Assembly (NCBI RefSeq): GCF_000143415.4
Contig: NW_003314339.1
Span: forward strand, 675,751 to 739,750
Source of the DNA: Selaginella moellendorffii
Lineage: Eukaryota > Plantae > Lycopodiophyta
Reading direction: 5' to 3'
DNA length: 64,000 bases
The position numbers were made by a program, and so were the translations under genes. Below the pieces are notes generated by a model, which was not told the origin of the DNA, made no database searches, and worked only from the letters and a program-made list of their open reading frames with translations. Shown here piece after piece: positions 19,548 to 32,166 of the stretch. Numbering within the stretch: position 1 is the stretch's first letter; each line of letters begins with the position of its first letter.

Positions 19548-22500
19548 TTACAGGCGTTTTCCCTTAATGTAGTTTGCGTATGGAGCATAGTTTTGCTGCC
19601 ATTTCTCGAAGTCCTTTTGCAAGCGCTCTAAGGCTCCAAACGTTGACAGTTCAAACTCATCTATCAGCACAGCAAAAGAAAATCAAAATTAGAATCAAAA
19701 CCGATTGAGAGCAGACGAACCTGGTTTGAGTCGCTGGAAAATTTTCGACGACCCATCTTCTCCTCCGACAAGTTGTTGTGTTCCAACATAATTCTGAAAT
19801 TTCATATTGCGAATGCTCGATGACGATGATGCTCCAGAATCTGGGTGTTTTGAGTGGAATAATAACTTTTTGAGGGACAAGTGGCTGTCAGCGGAGATAA
19901 CTGGTTCTTCTTGTTTCTTTTTTAATTTTAAAGTTACTGCTTCAACCGCGTCCTGGGCCTGTTGGAAGCTCTCTTTTGTTGTTTTTCTGTTGCCTTCCTT
20001 AGCGTCAAATTCCAGAAGCACCGGTAAAGGAACTGGAACTGACGTTTTCTTCCTTTCGAAATATTTCTTTGGTGGTAGCAGATATGGCGTTTTCTCGGTA
20101 ACATCAATATATCCACTAACGTTTGACGGCATCCTTGCTGCGTGTAGTGCTAGATCGTCAGCTAGACCCAAGAGCAGCACTTTAAACGCTATCTCATGGC
20201 TTGAAAATCGTCAAGACACACAAAAAAGAAGGAAGGAAAAAGAAAAAGGATACGTGGAGAGAGGGACTTCAACATCCGCCAAAACCCTGTATATGCGATC
20301 CTGGTATTGTTCCACAGGGTCCATCATTGTTGCCTTCAACCCTGCAAATCACAGTAATTCTTTCTAACCAGTAAAGCAGAGCCCATAGCTTACGTTTGCC
20401 TTGATGAGACGACCCCAGGCAAACCAGTCCGTCTTTGACGTCTGCAAATAAAAACAGCGTGAGTAAACCACAGAGCTTAAGCTAGTCATACAGTTGAGCA
20501 TAGCTGGGAAAGGGAGATTCTTCATAACAAGCGTCTTCTCGTTCTTAGCTGCATATATCATGGTTAAAGAAAAACCATGAAACAATTTAAGCCCACCTAT
20601 TAAGTGTTCGGGATACTCGCACAACTGAGTGTTCTTTTCTCTCTTCAAGGTCTTGGATGCGATATAAGGTTGACTAAGAATGTCACCTGCACCCGTAAGT
20701 TGCAGCAAGCTGAAACCAGTCTTTGCCCCAGGCAGAACCACAACTCCAGACAGGCTTTCAATACAGCTGTCCCCCATTCCAGTGGAAAGAGAATCGTAAA
20801 GTGCTACCATGGATACTTTCCGAGGACAAGAAGTAAACATCTTTGAAGGAAGATCCCACGCACAGTACGCCTCCTCTATCTCACGAAATCTGGGAATTGC
20901 TCCTGACACGACTTCAGTAGATAGCGCTTGAGGACCATAGCAGAATGCTCGAACATCACCAGACCGAAAGCTCGCAGCCAGAATTACTCGTCCTGCACGA
21001 CATAATCAGCAAGACTTCTGACATGTAAAATAAACATTACCTGCATCATTATTTCTCTCAGGCCGGAGCCATGACAAAGGATGCATAGACAAATATCCGG
21101 GATAATCGTCCTGCATCGAGTGTTCCCACTAAAGAACGAAAAGCAAGAGTCAGGCTGGCAGAAAGTAGAAGATTTCAAACCTTAAGTAGTGGCAATCTCG
21201 GCCTTCGAATGTCGAAGAGCATGATACGTTCCATAGTCGCAGCAGCAAAATGATAACCACGTTCCTCAGGTCGCACTATAGCTACGAAGCGATCCTGCTC
21301 GCAGCGCCCCGGACGGCAGTAATCTTTGCTGTTTCCAACGGTAGCAAGTAGAGTAGTCGAATTGCCATGTCTTAAGTCGGATAAAACGATTTCCTCAGCG
21401 TTCGCTATGACAAGCAGCTTCGGATGCCAGCCATACTCGACTCGCCACCAGCTCCTTCTGAGATTCCGAATCTCAGCAAGTACAGCCTTTGGAACCTTAG
21501 CAGCGCCAGTTCTGTCGGCTGTTGCAGCCTCGACCATTGTCGCGTGCACTAAAAAGTTCGCTCGTAGATTGTTTGTAGACTTTTTGGTGGAGTGGACATC
21601 ATAAACGTAAACCTCCCCAGACTCTAGGACAGTTGCAAGTTCTCCCTCGATATAAGGACTACAGACCACCTGCGGGAGCCGCATTGTGATCCACCATCAT
21701 GAAACACAAACTGAAGAGCTTACATGAGATACGCCGTGGAAGTAAGTCGTCGCTGAGGGTGAACCAAAGCATATGCGGTCTTCCTGTAAAGTCCTGATCA
21801 AGCTATCCAAACAGAAGACAGAAATGTTTCACAGACTTACTTCTCTTTGAATGTTCGTAACATGTACTTGATGCTGAGTCCTAGCGACAAGTATGCTCTC
21901 GTCTTTGCTTGAATTCGAAATCTTCATCGCTGATAACTGAAACCACAAAGTAAAGAAGAGCAAGAGAGAAAGAAGTCAGAAGTACCTGGCGGATGGGATG
22001 ACCCAACGTTGGTGAGACGGACATCCTCACGCCACCGAACAACTCGACATCCGGCTCGTCGTCTTGCTTTTTCAGAGGACACAAGCGACCAGCGGGATCA
22101 CGCTCGCAAAGTATGCTTCCTATACTGCTGAAATCCTCCCCAATGGGAAATGCAAGCTGGAGCTTTCCATCTTGACACTGCAAACAGAAAAGCAAAGAAT
22201 TAAACGAGAGACCAAGAGTAAAGAGACTTGGAACACACTTGCATACACTCCAGTCTGTTTCCAAAAACGCTGTTACTGTCGTGGATCATAGCAACCTTCG
22301 CAGCCGTGTCCTCCTGAACGAGCCCGTCGAGAAGAGAATCGGGAGCATAGCCGATCGATGCGTCCTCCTCCGCGTAACGTGATTGCTGCGGAGAAAACAA
22401 GCGCCAGAGTGAGAAAACCCCTTGGTTGAGGACTTCGAGAAACCATCTCAAGGGGAGGAATCGGATGATCAAAGAGGTGCAATCTACACCCCGTTGCCAG

Positions 22501-22675
22501 CAATGTTTGAGGCTCTCCCACGGAATCAAATAGCAATGGCCCCACTGTAAGAAACGATCGTCAGAGCTGGAAATGTCGATAGATGGAGCTTACGATCGGT
22601 CCCGGTTCGCATTGGTGCTCCAAACCCCGTGCCAATGCACCACGGCAGTCCCGGACCCTGGAAGAGATTCGCCAT
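19548..22675 (-). CDS. TAF1C: TATA-binding-protein-associated factor RNA polymerase I subunit C (TAF1C/RRN6)-like, multi-exon
   Basis: Exon motifs GPLLFD, CSPYIEGELATVLESGEVYVYD, WRVEYGWHPKLL, LFDIRRPRLPLLK|WEH, AASFRSGDVRAFCYG, AWDLPS, FSLLQLTGAGDILSQ and LQKDFEKWQ. ATG 22675, TAA 19548-19550; telo-box AAACCCTA just upstream (~22687). Confidence 0.75.
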
Positions 22676-23246
22676 CGCTGCGTTAAAAACCCTAAACCTC
22701 TGGGAGTGATAGCTACAGCCGATATCTGTGTAAGCTACATTTTCATGGACGAGCGCTTCTTGATCTGTATCAGGTGGCCAGACGAGCAGCGCGATACCTG
22801 CATTGAAGTGAGCGAGCTGGGAACTTTCTTTGTTTTCTTTTTTCTCATGCTTTTCCGTTTTTACTCTTCGTTTTGGAGCTGCGCAGGTTAGTGATCACGT
22901 TGCCAGTGAGAAGAAATGGGCTCGGAGTAGCTTTGAGAAGCGAGTACACTATCGATCATCAAGAGCTCATTTCTGAGCTCACCGTTTAATTTTTCTATTT
23001 ACGTTGTGGCTGCAACTCCTGTGGTTTTGGAGGTGAAACTCACGACGGTATCTCACCACTTTGAAAAAAAGAAAAATATCCATATACTGGCATTTGGGTG
23101 TCTAATACTGCCTCTATGATGCCAACATTTTCTTGAGCACGTTCTTTGGAATGTGGACGCTCCTGATGTCGAACAAGGGATCCATCGCGAACGTTTGATG
23201 GTTGCATCCACTCAAACCTTCCCAAGCAGAGTTTGCTCTCATCAAT

Positions 23247-26200
23247 TGTTATGATCCGGCGCAAAAAGACAAAGATCTAGTTGCCCTAGACTATGCTACG
23301 CCACCTCTTGAGGTTCCTCACCACCCAACCACCCCCGAGCTACCTCAAAAGCTCCACTGCGCCGCCGCTCCACTGTGAGCCCTAGGGTAGGTTAAGTCCC
23401 TTACCCTAACATGCCTTAATATACCCTTGAGCCTCCCTTTGACCGACGTTGACCACGTAGTCAAAGCTGGCGCCTAACAATTCTTCCCCCCCAACAAAGT
23501 CCTTGTCCCAAGGACGAGTTGTACCGGTGATCACCCTTTCTGGGGAATCCTGCTCAAGCTCCTGGTCCATCTTCCACAGCCGTATACATCAAGGAGGCAT
23601 TGGGCCCGTCACTCCGAGATAGTACACCTTTCAATTGGCTGACATAAAATACTGGATGAATTTTCACCCCAGCTGGCAGCCGCACCCGATAAGCCGCTTT
23701 ACCAATGCGCTCCAGCACTTCATATGGACCAGCATATCGATGGGAGAGTTTATCACTCTTCCCTATCCGTAAAGGCACCAAGGTGTTCCGCCGCTCACTT
23801 GACGGAAAGATCACTCGCACAAAGACGAGATCACCCACCTTATATTCCCGGAATTGGCGATGCTCATTAGCAAACTTCTCCGCTCTATCCTGAGCTGCTT
23901 GCAAATTCCGTTTGCATACCACCAGAATCTCATCAAGTTCTGTGGCCAGATCAGTTGCCTCGGAATCAAGCTTTTCTTGAACGTCCTTACTCAAATGCAA
24001 TCCCAACTCCACCGCTGTTCGAGGATGCCTTCCAAACATCGCAAAGTAAGGACTTAGCTTGGTTCCACTGTGTTGGCTATTGTTGTAAGCAAATTGCACC
24101 AATGGAAGATATAGATCCCACTGTCCTTGCCTTTGACCAATGCTACAACGTAGCATATCCTCCACCACCTGATTGACACGCTCGGTTTGCCCATCCGTCT
24201 GAGGATGATCTCCACTCGAGAGTTTCAAAGTCACTTGCATAGCCTTTGCAAAGCTTTTCCAAAATCCACTAGTGAACTTTGAATCTCGATCACTAATGAT
24301 GTCCTCCGGCAAACCAAAATCAGGAAAAACCTTCTCCAAATAAACCGCAGCCAAGTCTGAGGCAGTGACAGTCTTCCGAAGAGCCAACAACCGCACATAC
24401 TTCGTCAACCGATCTACTATAACCCATACTTGCTCCTTTTGCCTCTGTGTTCGTGGCAAACAAGTGATGAAGTCCATAGAGATACTACACCAACGGCTCT
24501 GAGGAATAGGTAAAGGTTGCAAAAGTCCCCCCGGCTTCTCCCGTGGCACCTTAACCCGCTGACAAAGCTCGCATGATTTACAATACTTGAGGATATCAGC
24601 CTTCATATTCCTCCAATAAAAGTTGCGCTTAATCAACTCATATGTCTTCTTCCCCCCAAAATGACCAGCCTCTGGACGATCATGATAGTGGAATAAAACT
24701 TGAGTAATTAACGCATCCACCCGTGGCAAATAGACACGGCCATTGTAGTAGAGAATCCCATCCACCAATGAGAAAGGAGCTTCCATCTGGTCTCGCAAAG
24801 AGGCCACCTCAGCATCCTGAGCCTGAGCATGCTCAACCAACTGCCCAAACTCGCTGACCACCTTACTCAAATGATGACAAAATCGTGTTCGTAACGTCAT
24901 CACATGACGAACACGAGATAAAGCATCCGCCACCACATTTGATTTTCCCGGACGATGCTCAATAGGAAACTCCCCAAACTCCATGAGTTTGACCAGCCAA
25001 CGAGCTTGCCTAGTGTTCAACTCCTTCTGTGTGAAAAGATACACAAGTGGTTTGTGATCTGTCAACACCACGAACACTGCACCATAAAGATAGTGCCGCC
25101 ACGTCCGCAAAGCATGAACAATAGAGAGTAACTCTTGCTCATATGTGGAATAGCGTTGCTCCGCGGAATTCAAAGTTCGACTCTCATATGCAATAGGCTG
25201 TCCCTCTTGCATGAGAACTCCTCCCAGTGCATAACCACTCGCATCGCATGTCACCTCGTAAGGTTTCGATGGATCAGCAATGCGAAGCACTGGAGCCTCG
25301 ATCAACAATCGTTTCAGCGCCACAAAACTCTCCTCTTGTGGCGTCTTCCACTCGAATGGCACATTCTTGCGTAACAACCGCGTCAACGGAATAGCCACCT
25401 CTGCAAACTTATGCTGGAAACGTCGATAGTAACTAGCCATACCAAGAAAACTGCGCAACTCGGCCACTGTAGTCGGTGTAGGCCAGTTTTCCACCACAGC
25501 CACCTTCCTTGGATCCGTCTTGACACCCTTAGATGTCACAATATGGCCTAGATATTCCACCTCCGACTTTGCAAATTCACATTTGCTCTTCTTCGCATAA
25601 AGTTTGCTGTCTCGAAGTAACAAAAGAACCTTGCGCAAATGCACCCTATGCTCCTCCATATTCTTGCTAAAAACAAGAATATCGTCCAAGAAAATCTCCA
25701 CAAACTCATGAAGATAACGCCCAAAGACCTCCGTCATCAACCGAGTAAATGTGGCCGGTGCATTCGTCAAACCAAACGGCATAACTGTAAACTCAAAATG
25801 TCCGAAGCTTGTGTTGAATGCCGTCTTGGAGATAGATGCATCATCCATTGCAATCTGATGATATCCACTCCTCAGATCAATCTTGGTAAACACTCGTGCT
25901 TCACCAAGCTTGTCTAGGATATCATCCACACGTGGCATCGGCATCTTGTCCTTTACTGTCTTCTTGTTTAAAGCACGGTAGTCAATACACATCCGCATTG
26001 AACCGTCCTTCTTCTTCACAAGCAAGACCGGAGCACCAAACGGAGACTTACTTGGCTGAATAAATCCAAACTCAAGTAACTCCTTGACTTGTCGCTGAAC
26101 TTCTTGCTCCTCCGCATAACTTAACCGAAATGGACGCCGGTAAATTGGCCGCGTCCCCGGCTCCAATGTAATCCCATGCTCCACACCTCGTAATGGAGGC

Positions 26201-28174
26201 AATCCATGAGGAAGTTCAGATGGAAAAACATCAGAAAACTCATCAAGTACATCCCGTACTGCTGCTTCTCCCCCACACGTGCCTTGGTCCCCCAAGTCAC
26301 GAACAAACAGCAAGTAACTTGAAAGTGCTTTTCCATTACGACAAGCCCGCTTCAAAGATGTAGCAGAGAGCATAACAACTGGTGGTTGAACGCCCTCGCC
26401 AAACCACACATCTTTAACGCCACCATACTCCAGCGAGATACGCTTAATGCTCCACTTTATCTCTGGATCCACCTTCACCAACCATGGCATCCCAAGAATG
26501 AGATCCACACGATGGATATCCGCGAGATAAAAAGTCTCCACAAGTGTGGTTTTGCCAACCAACACTTCCAGCCCCTCGACACAAGCATCGAAATGCTGAG
26601 CAGAGGTAGCTGCACCTTCCACTGTGTATGGAACAACTCCACGTGTGTTCAGGCGATGCTCCGCAACAAACTTTGCCGAAACAAAGTTGTCATCGCTCCC
26701 ACTATCCAGTAAAATCCGCACTGGATCGCCACGGAACACACCCTCCAGCATTAAAGCTGATTCACGCGTATCCTCGAGCTCCATCTTGTTCCACACACAG
26801 TTGAGCTGACGAGCAACGATCGAAAGTCGCTTCCTCCGACCGGAATGGTTGGTCTCCTCCTCCTCACGCTGCAAAGTTTGCAACTTTTTAGTATCGGACT
26901 TACCGTGAGAAGAAGATTGGCCATTCTTCTTGTCCTGCTGCTTGTTCTTTAACTGCGGACAATCAGCCTTGTAGTGTCCAAGTTCGCCGCAATGATGACA
27001 ACCCTGTCTATAATTCTTCACAAAGAACTTCTGCTTCTTGGACCCCTTTGCATCCGAGGTAGTCACCACCGACTTCAACTTGTGATGCTTGTTCCCATCC
27101 TTGTGTCCACGGCGATCATCACGACGATTCTCGACAGAAGGACTCCGCGAACGCTTGCGAGACTTGTGCTTGTCATTGTCAAGACGACGAGCCGCATCAA
27201 AGAGCTCCTCCAAACTCTTTGTAGGCTGAGAATGACGCAAGTGTTGCCGCATGCTCTCACTATGTAGGCCATCAATGAAGTAGGACTTGTTCTGATCTGG
27301 ATCCTTCGTTGGAACACGACTAATCAAGCGAGTAAGCTTCTCAATATAATCCCCAAGCGTCATTTTCCCTTGCTGGAAATGTCGAAGTTCTGTACGAGCA
27401 TTCTCCACATCGTAATGAGGGGCAAAACGTAAACGGAAAGCAGCCTCAAACTCATCCATGGTAGACACTGGTGGTTTCTTATCCGCAACACGGGACTCCT
27501 CAAGCCAATTCCACCATCGAAGACCCGCATCACGCAAAACCATCGGAATAGCCACTAAAGCCTCTGCATCTGGAGTTCCTCTAGCAGCCAAAAACTTCTT
27601 CACATTGGCTAGCCAAGCAAGACACTCGTCCACACCACCATCACCGGAAAAGGTTGGAATCTTGAGTCGATCTACCAAAGAAGGCTTACTTGGAGCGCTA
27701 CCCCGTCCAGCCTCGAGTGCCTCAACACGCCCACGCATGGTATCCATCATGCCATGCATCTCGTCTTGCATCTCTTGCTGATTTTTATTAAGGGCTCGCA
27801 GCTCATGAACCACATCTTGAATGGTCCAAATCTCCGCAGCTTCGTTGACACCATCATCGGCACCACCGTCGGCACCACCATCGATGATAGGATTCCAGCG
27901 TTCAGCTTGGTCGGCCATCGCAACCAATCCTCTGATACCAATGTTATGATCCGGCGCAAAAAGACAAAGATCTAGTTGCCCTAGACTATGCTACGCCACC
28001 TCTTGAGGTTCCTCACCACCCAACCACCCCCGAGCTACCTCAAAAGCTCCACTGCGCCGCCGCTCCACTGTGAGCCCTAGGGTAGGTTAAGTCCCTTACC
28101 CTAACATGCCTTAATATACCCTTGAGCCTCCCTTTGACCGACGTTGACCACGTAGTCAAAGCTGGCGCCTAACA
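23247..28174 (-). mobile_element. Intact Ty3/gypsy LTR retrotransposon, 4928 bp
   Basis: Identical 233-bp LTRs at 23247-23479 and 27942-28174; TSD TCAAT; PBS TGGTATCAGAG (27930-27940, minus strand); PPT at 23480-23492. Confidence 0.98.
23554..27918 (-). CDS. Gag-Pol polyprotein (CA, CCHC knuckle, protease, RT, RNase H, integrase with GPY/F)
   Basis: Single uninterrupted ORF: CHHCGELGHYKADC, LLDSGS, FLDD, CDAS, H..H/C..C zinc finger, HPQTDGQTER, RYAGPY. No chromodomain seen. Confidence 0.97.
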   Translation of the reverse strand: MADQAERWNPIIDGGADGGADDGVNEAAEIWTIQDVVHELRALNKNQQEMQDEMHGMMDTMRGRVEALEAGRGSAPSKPSLVDRLKIPTFSGDGGVDECLAWLANVKKFLAARGTPDAEALVAIPMVLRDAGLRWWNWLEESRVADKKPPVSTMDEFEAAFRLRFAPHYDVENARTELRHFQQGKMTLGDYIEKLTRLISRVPTKDPDQNKSYFIDGLHSESMRQHLRHSQPTKSLEELFDAARRLDNDKHKSRKRSRSPSVENRRDDRRGHKDGNKHHKLKSVVTTSDAKGSKKQKFFVKNYRQGCHHCGELGHYKADCPQLKNKQQDKKNGQSSSHGKSDTKKLQTLQREEEETNHSGRRKRLSIVARQLNCVWNKMELEDTRESALMLEGVFRGDPVRILLDSGSDDNFVSAKFVAEHRLNTRGVVPYTVEGAATSAQHFDACVEGLEVLVGKTTLVETFYLADIHRVDLILGMPWLVKVDPEIKWSIKRISLEYGGVKDVWFGEGVQPPVVMLSATSLKRACRNGKALSSYLLFVRDLGDQGTCGGEAAVRDVLDEFSDVFPSELPHGLPPLRGVEHGITLEPGTRPIYRRPFRLSYAEEQEVQRQVKELLEFGFIQPSKSPFGAPVLLVKKKDGSMRMCIDYRALNKKTVKDKMPMPRVDDILDKLGEARVFTKIDLRSGYHQIAMDDASISKTAFNTSFGHFEFTVMPFGLTNAPATFTRLMTEVFGRYLHEFVEIFLDDILVFSKNMEEHRVHLRKVLLLLRDSKLYAKKSKCEFAKSEVEYLGHIVTSKGVKTDPRKVAVVENWPTPTTVAELRSFLGMASYYRRFQHKFAEVAIPLTRLLRKNVPFEWKTPQEESFVALKRLLIEAPVLRIADPSKPYEVTCDASGYALGGVLMQEGQPIAYESRTLNSAEQRYSTYEQELLSIVHALRTWRHYLYGAVFVVLTDHKPLVYLFTQKELNTRQARWLVKLMEFGEFPIEHRPGKSNVVADALSRVRHVMTLRTRFCHHLSKVVSEFGQLVEHAQAQDAEVASLRDQMEAPFSLVDGILYYNGRVYLPRVDALITQVLFHYHDRPEAGHFGGKKTYELIKRNFYWRNMKADILKYCKSCELCQRVKVPREKPGGLLQPLPIPQSRWCSISMDFITCLPRTQRQKEQVWVIVDRLTKYVRLLALRKTVTASDLAAVYLEKVFPDFGLPEDIISDRDSKFTSGFWKSFAKAMQVTLKLSSGDHPQTDGQTERVNQVVEDMLRCSIGQRQGQWDLYLPLVQFAYNNSQHSGTKLSPYFAMFGRHPRTAVELGLHLSKDVQEKLDSEATDLATELDEILVVCKRNLQAAQDRAEKFANEHRQFREYKVGDLVFVRVIFPSSERRNTLVPLRIGKSDKLSHRYAGPYEVLERIGKAAYRVRLPAGVKIHPVFYVSQLKGVLSRSDGPNASLMYTAVEDGPGA

Positions 28175-29124
28175 TCAATGTTTGCTCTGTCAAGAAGTCA
28201 CATGCTCTGTCACATGGAGGCTTGGTGGGGAGCCGGGTTCTAAAGTGATTGATGCAAAACATGTATATGCTTGCATGCCCTTTGGGTGTGCATTAACTAA
28301 GTATGCTGTGGAGGGCACATGCTCTATGCTATTTAGTGACATTTTGGAATCTCAGGTAGGGGATACATTTCCACCTGGAAAGAGGATCAGTCATTGAATA
28401 ATATGGCAAAGTTTTCTCCTTGTGTGTGATTGATAGGTGATGGCTCCACTTACTTGTGATGCTAAATGAACTGACATTCTTGGTGTAACCACTAAGTCTC
28501 AATTCAAGTGGGCAATTACCTTGTCTTGAACTTGGATGAACTCAGTTGTATGGGGGGTTGGTGTGAGATCTGGGTTCTCGGAGCATATATGTGTTTGTAT
28601 GCCTTTTGGGTGCACACTGTCCTTTGTTCCATCTTTTGTTGGGGGTACCCTTAGACCTCCTTGGTGGTAGTAGCAAGTACTGGTGATAGTTCCAATGTCT
28701 CTGTGATTCCAATAGCAGTCCTATGTCTTAGGTGATGGCATCCATTGACTTGTGATGCTGACCTAGGAACTGTTCTTCTTGGATTATCTAAAGTGTGTTG
28801 AGCATGGTAAGATCACAGACATTAAGAACATCATAAACTCACTACTATATATGATTTGTATGAGGTATTCATTCTCAATGAAGATGAACTTATGCTATTT
28901 TGCACATATAATTTGGTTTGTCACTGGAAGAATGGAATGTCTTGTGGGTTTAACAAGGGTGCTGTGGTTCTCTTTGGACATACTCTAGGTGTGATACTTT
29001 ACTTGCCCCTACTGTTGCACTGTTCTCAAGGTTTGGACTTGTTCATACCTTGGTTTCATTGTAGCTTGGTTATTACCTTTGGATTGATGCTCAAGTAGGG
29101 GCTACCCTAAACCCTAAAGTTCAA

Positions 29125-30035
29125 TCCTATTGCACTATGAAATGTGGGTTTTGTATGAGGTGTAGAAGCTTTGGCACAAGTGATATACCACTACTTTTAA
29201 AGTTATTTTACTTACTCTGTGAGGTGGAGATGGGGCTTAGCCCCTTCTTCTTGTCCCAAATCCAGCTCATGCTAGCCAATCTAGGCGGATAACATTGTTA
29301 GATGGGGAATTTGGCTGGGGCAGCACATTTGCTAAAAGATAATGCATGTGTCCTAAGACGAGCTCAATGAGAACAAAACTCTTATGTGGAACAAAATGGT
29401 AAAAGCTCATTTGATTTTGATCTTCAGTATGAATAGAAACTGTGAAAGCATGGCCTGTTGATCTTTTAGTGTTTCCAAATTTGAAGCTAGAGGTGTCAGA
29501 CAAGTTACCACAGGGATAATTGGCTTGTGGTAGCCAAGTATTTATAGCAATATTGCTTTTTGATCCTTTGATGTTGGCTTTTCCTATCATTATGAAGTAG
29601 AATTCACCAAGTGTCAGATTGTTCACCCACCAATAGGGAACATGAGCTGGGTTTAGACCGTCATGAGACAGGTTAATTTTACCCTACTAATGAGCTGTGC
29701 CACTAATTCAACTTAGTACAAGAGGAACTGTTAATTTACACAATTGGTAATTGCACTTGGCTATGGTGGAAAGCTACCATATGTGGGAATATAACTAAAT
29801 GCCTCTAAGTCAAACTCCATTGTAGATGTGGTGCTCTCTACCTCCTTAGCTATTACCTGATTAAGGTTAGGGGGGGCCCATGCTCCCTCAAGAACACATG
29901 ACACAAGCACTGTCCCCTAAGGCCCATGCTCCCTCGAGGGTGTGGCTTGGAAATCCAATTTCAAATGATCAAGGAGATAAATCTTTTGTAGATGACTTAA
30001 ATAGGGGATGAAGTACTATAAGTGGCAAAGTAGTT
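29125..30035 (+). rRNA. 26S rRNA pseudogene, 3' region
   Basis: ATACCACTACTTTTAA...GCTAGAGGTGTCAGA.AAGTTACCACAGGGATAA...GAGCTGGGTTTAGACCGTC...; degenerate and cut off by the LTR at 30038. Confidence 0.92.
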
Positions 30036-30037
30036 TG

Positions 30038-30883
30038 TGTAAGCAACTAAATTTTTTCATTCTACTTTAGTCACTTAACCGCACCTTCGACCACTTGGAG
30101 GAATCTCATTCACAACCTCCATAAGTCCTACTCAGGACTTGGGGCTTGCTAGCCCCGAGAATGGCATCTATGCCACTCAACTTTTGCACTTGGTCCAAGT
30201 GCTCCATGTGTTTGGTCCCATGACCAACACCCCAAGGCACCACCAACATACTAGCCCGTTACACTAGGCCATGCCCAATCACCTTGGTCACATCGGTGGT
30301 CCATCACCACCTGCATTGCAATCCCGTCTCTCCAAGACTGGGCCATCCGTCCCTGAGTGGTCATCCCAGATCCACTCCTTAGCATCCTTAGGATACTCGC
30401 AGACATGGGGAATAACCTTCCCCAATATCTCCTTTCAAGTCCCCACCAAGTCCCTTTCTATCCTTGGCCGTGTTCGCTAACATTACCACTGGATCAAGGC
30501 CTATGGGCCCGAACACTAAGTCCCACTATCCTCTAGGACTTCCTCACTGTGTGACTATGTCCTTGGTCACCACACTAGAGGGCTACTCCTCTTCCTTTCC
30601 ACAGTTTGGAACTTTGGGACAACATTTTGGAACACCGTGGCCTTACGCTGGCCTCATGGGTACTCTCCCCACCTTCCACCTTTAAGTGCTCTAGCCATGG
30701 GCTTAGAGCAAGGTTCCATTGAGCCACGCTAGGTATCTAAGTAGGTAGTGCCACCCACACTTGGACTGGGAGCATCGGCCAATCGATCTCCCGGGGGAAC
30801 TAGAGCCGGCTCTTGAAAACTTCACCAAGCTACCCCGTTTATCGGTCCGTGTTCACTCTAGTCTTGAACTTCTCAGTGGGCAG
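30038..30883 (-). mobile_element. Family-A LTR, truncated
   Basis: Reverse complement of the 3' half of the family-A LTR, starting at its terminus (TGTAAGC); interrupted by the next LTR. Confidence 0.85.
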
Positions 30884-32166
30884 TGTGAGACGCAAAATCC
30901 CTAGGCCCCAAAGTGGAGCCGAAAGGGTGCCATGTAGTGGTGGCCGAAGCGAAAACCAAACGAGCGTAACACGTTTGGACTAAAAAGCTCCGACTTGAAA
31001 AGGTCGAGAGTGGGAGTGGAACTCCTAATGAAGTGCTCGAGGAATGAGCACGAAGCGAGCAATAAACGAGGCTCCAAAAAGGGACCCAAAAAGGACCAAC
31101 ACATGACATGTGGAAGTGTCTGAGATGGACCCGAGTTGGGGTCCGAAGTGGACTCGAGATGGAGTCTGAGATGGAGTCCGAGATGGAGTCCAAGATGGAA
31201 CTGAGACCGAGACCGAGACCGAGTCCGAGTCCGAAACCGGGACCGAGACCAAGTCCGAGTCCGAGTTCGAGCCTGAGTCTGAGTCCGAATACTAATATAG
31301 GCAGTTGGGTGAAAGCCCAAAGCGATTGTCCCCAGGGGAGGGGGGGGGCCTACAGGGGGTTCCAAAAGTATAGTAGGGAGAGTGTGGGGGTTGGAACCCA
31401 GTGGAGCCAGTTTGGCCAGGAAGGGCTAGTTTGGCCCAGGAAAGGCCAGTTTGGCCCAGGAAGGCCAGACCTAGTGTTGGGTGATGAACTGACCACTGGG
31501 AAGTCCAAGACTAGAGTGAATACGGACCGACAAGCGGGGTAGCTTAGTGAAGTGTTCAAAAGCCGACTCTAGTTCCCCCGGGAGATCAAATGGTCGATTC
31601 TCCCAGTCCAAGTGTGGGTGGCACTACCTACTTGGATACCTGGTGTGGCTCAACAGAACCTCACTCTAAGCCCATGGCTAGAGCACCCAAAGGCAGAAGG
31701 AGGGGAGAGTACCCATGAGGCTTGCGTAGGGCCACGGTGTTTTCAAATGTTGTCCTAAAGGCCCAAACTGTGGAAAGGAAGAGGAGTAGTCCTCTGGTGT
31801 AGTGACCAAGGATATAGTCGAGTGGTGAGGAAGTCCTAGAGGACCGTGGGACTTAGTGGTCGAGCCTGTGGGCCTCAATCCAGTAGCAGTGTTGGCGAAC
31901 ACGGCCATGGGCAGAAAGGGACTTGGTGAAGACTGGAAAAGGGATATTGGGGAAGGCTATTCCCCATGTCTGTGGGCATCCTAAGGATGCTAAGGAGTGG
32001 ATTTGGAATGATCACTCATGGACGGATGGCCCAATCCTTGAGAGATGGGACTATGAGGTGGTGTTAGACCACCGGTGTGACCAAGGTAAAGGGGCATGGC
32101 CTTAGTGTAACGAGTTGATATGTCGGTGGTACCTTGGGGTGTCGGTCATGGGATTGGACACATGGA
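30884..32166 (+). mobile_element. Family-A LTR variant with short repeat array, interrupted
   Basis: Starts TGTGAGACGCAAAATCCCTAGG; cut at 32167 by a family-B LTR. Confidence 0.85.

Noticed and set aside
16707-22675. Functional link between the Pol I factor gene and the adjacent rDNA
   Set aside because: The rDNA is a decayed orphon, and adjacency alone supports nothing.
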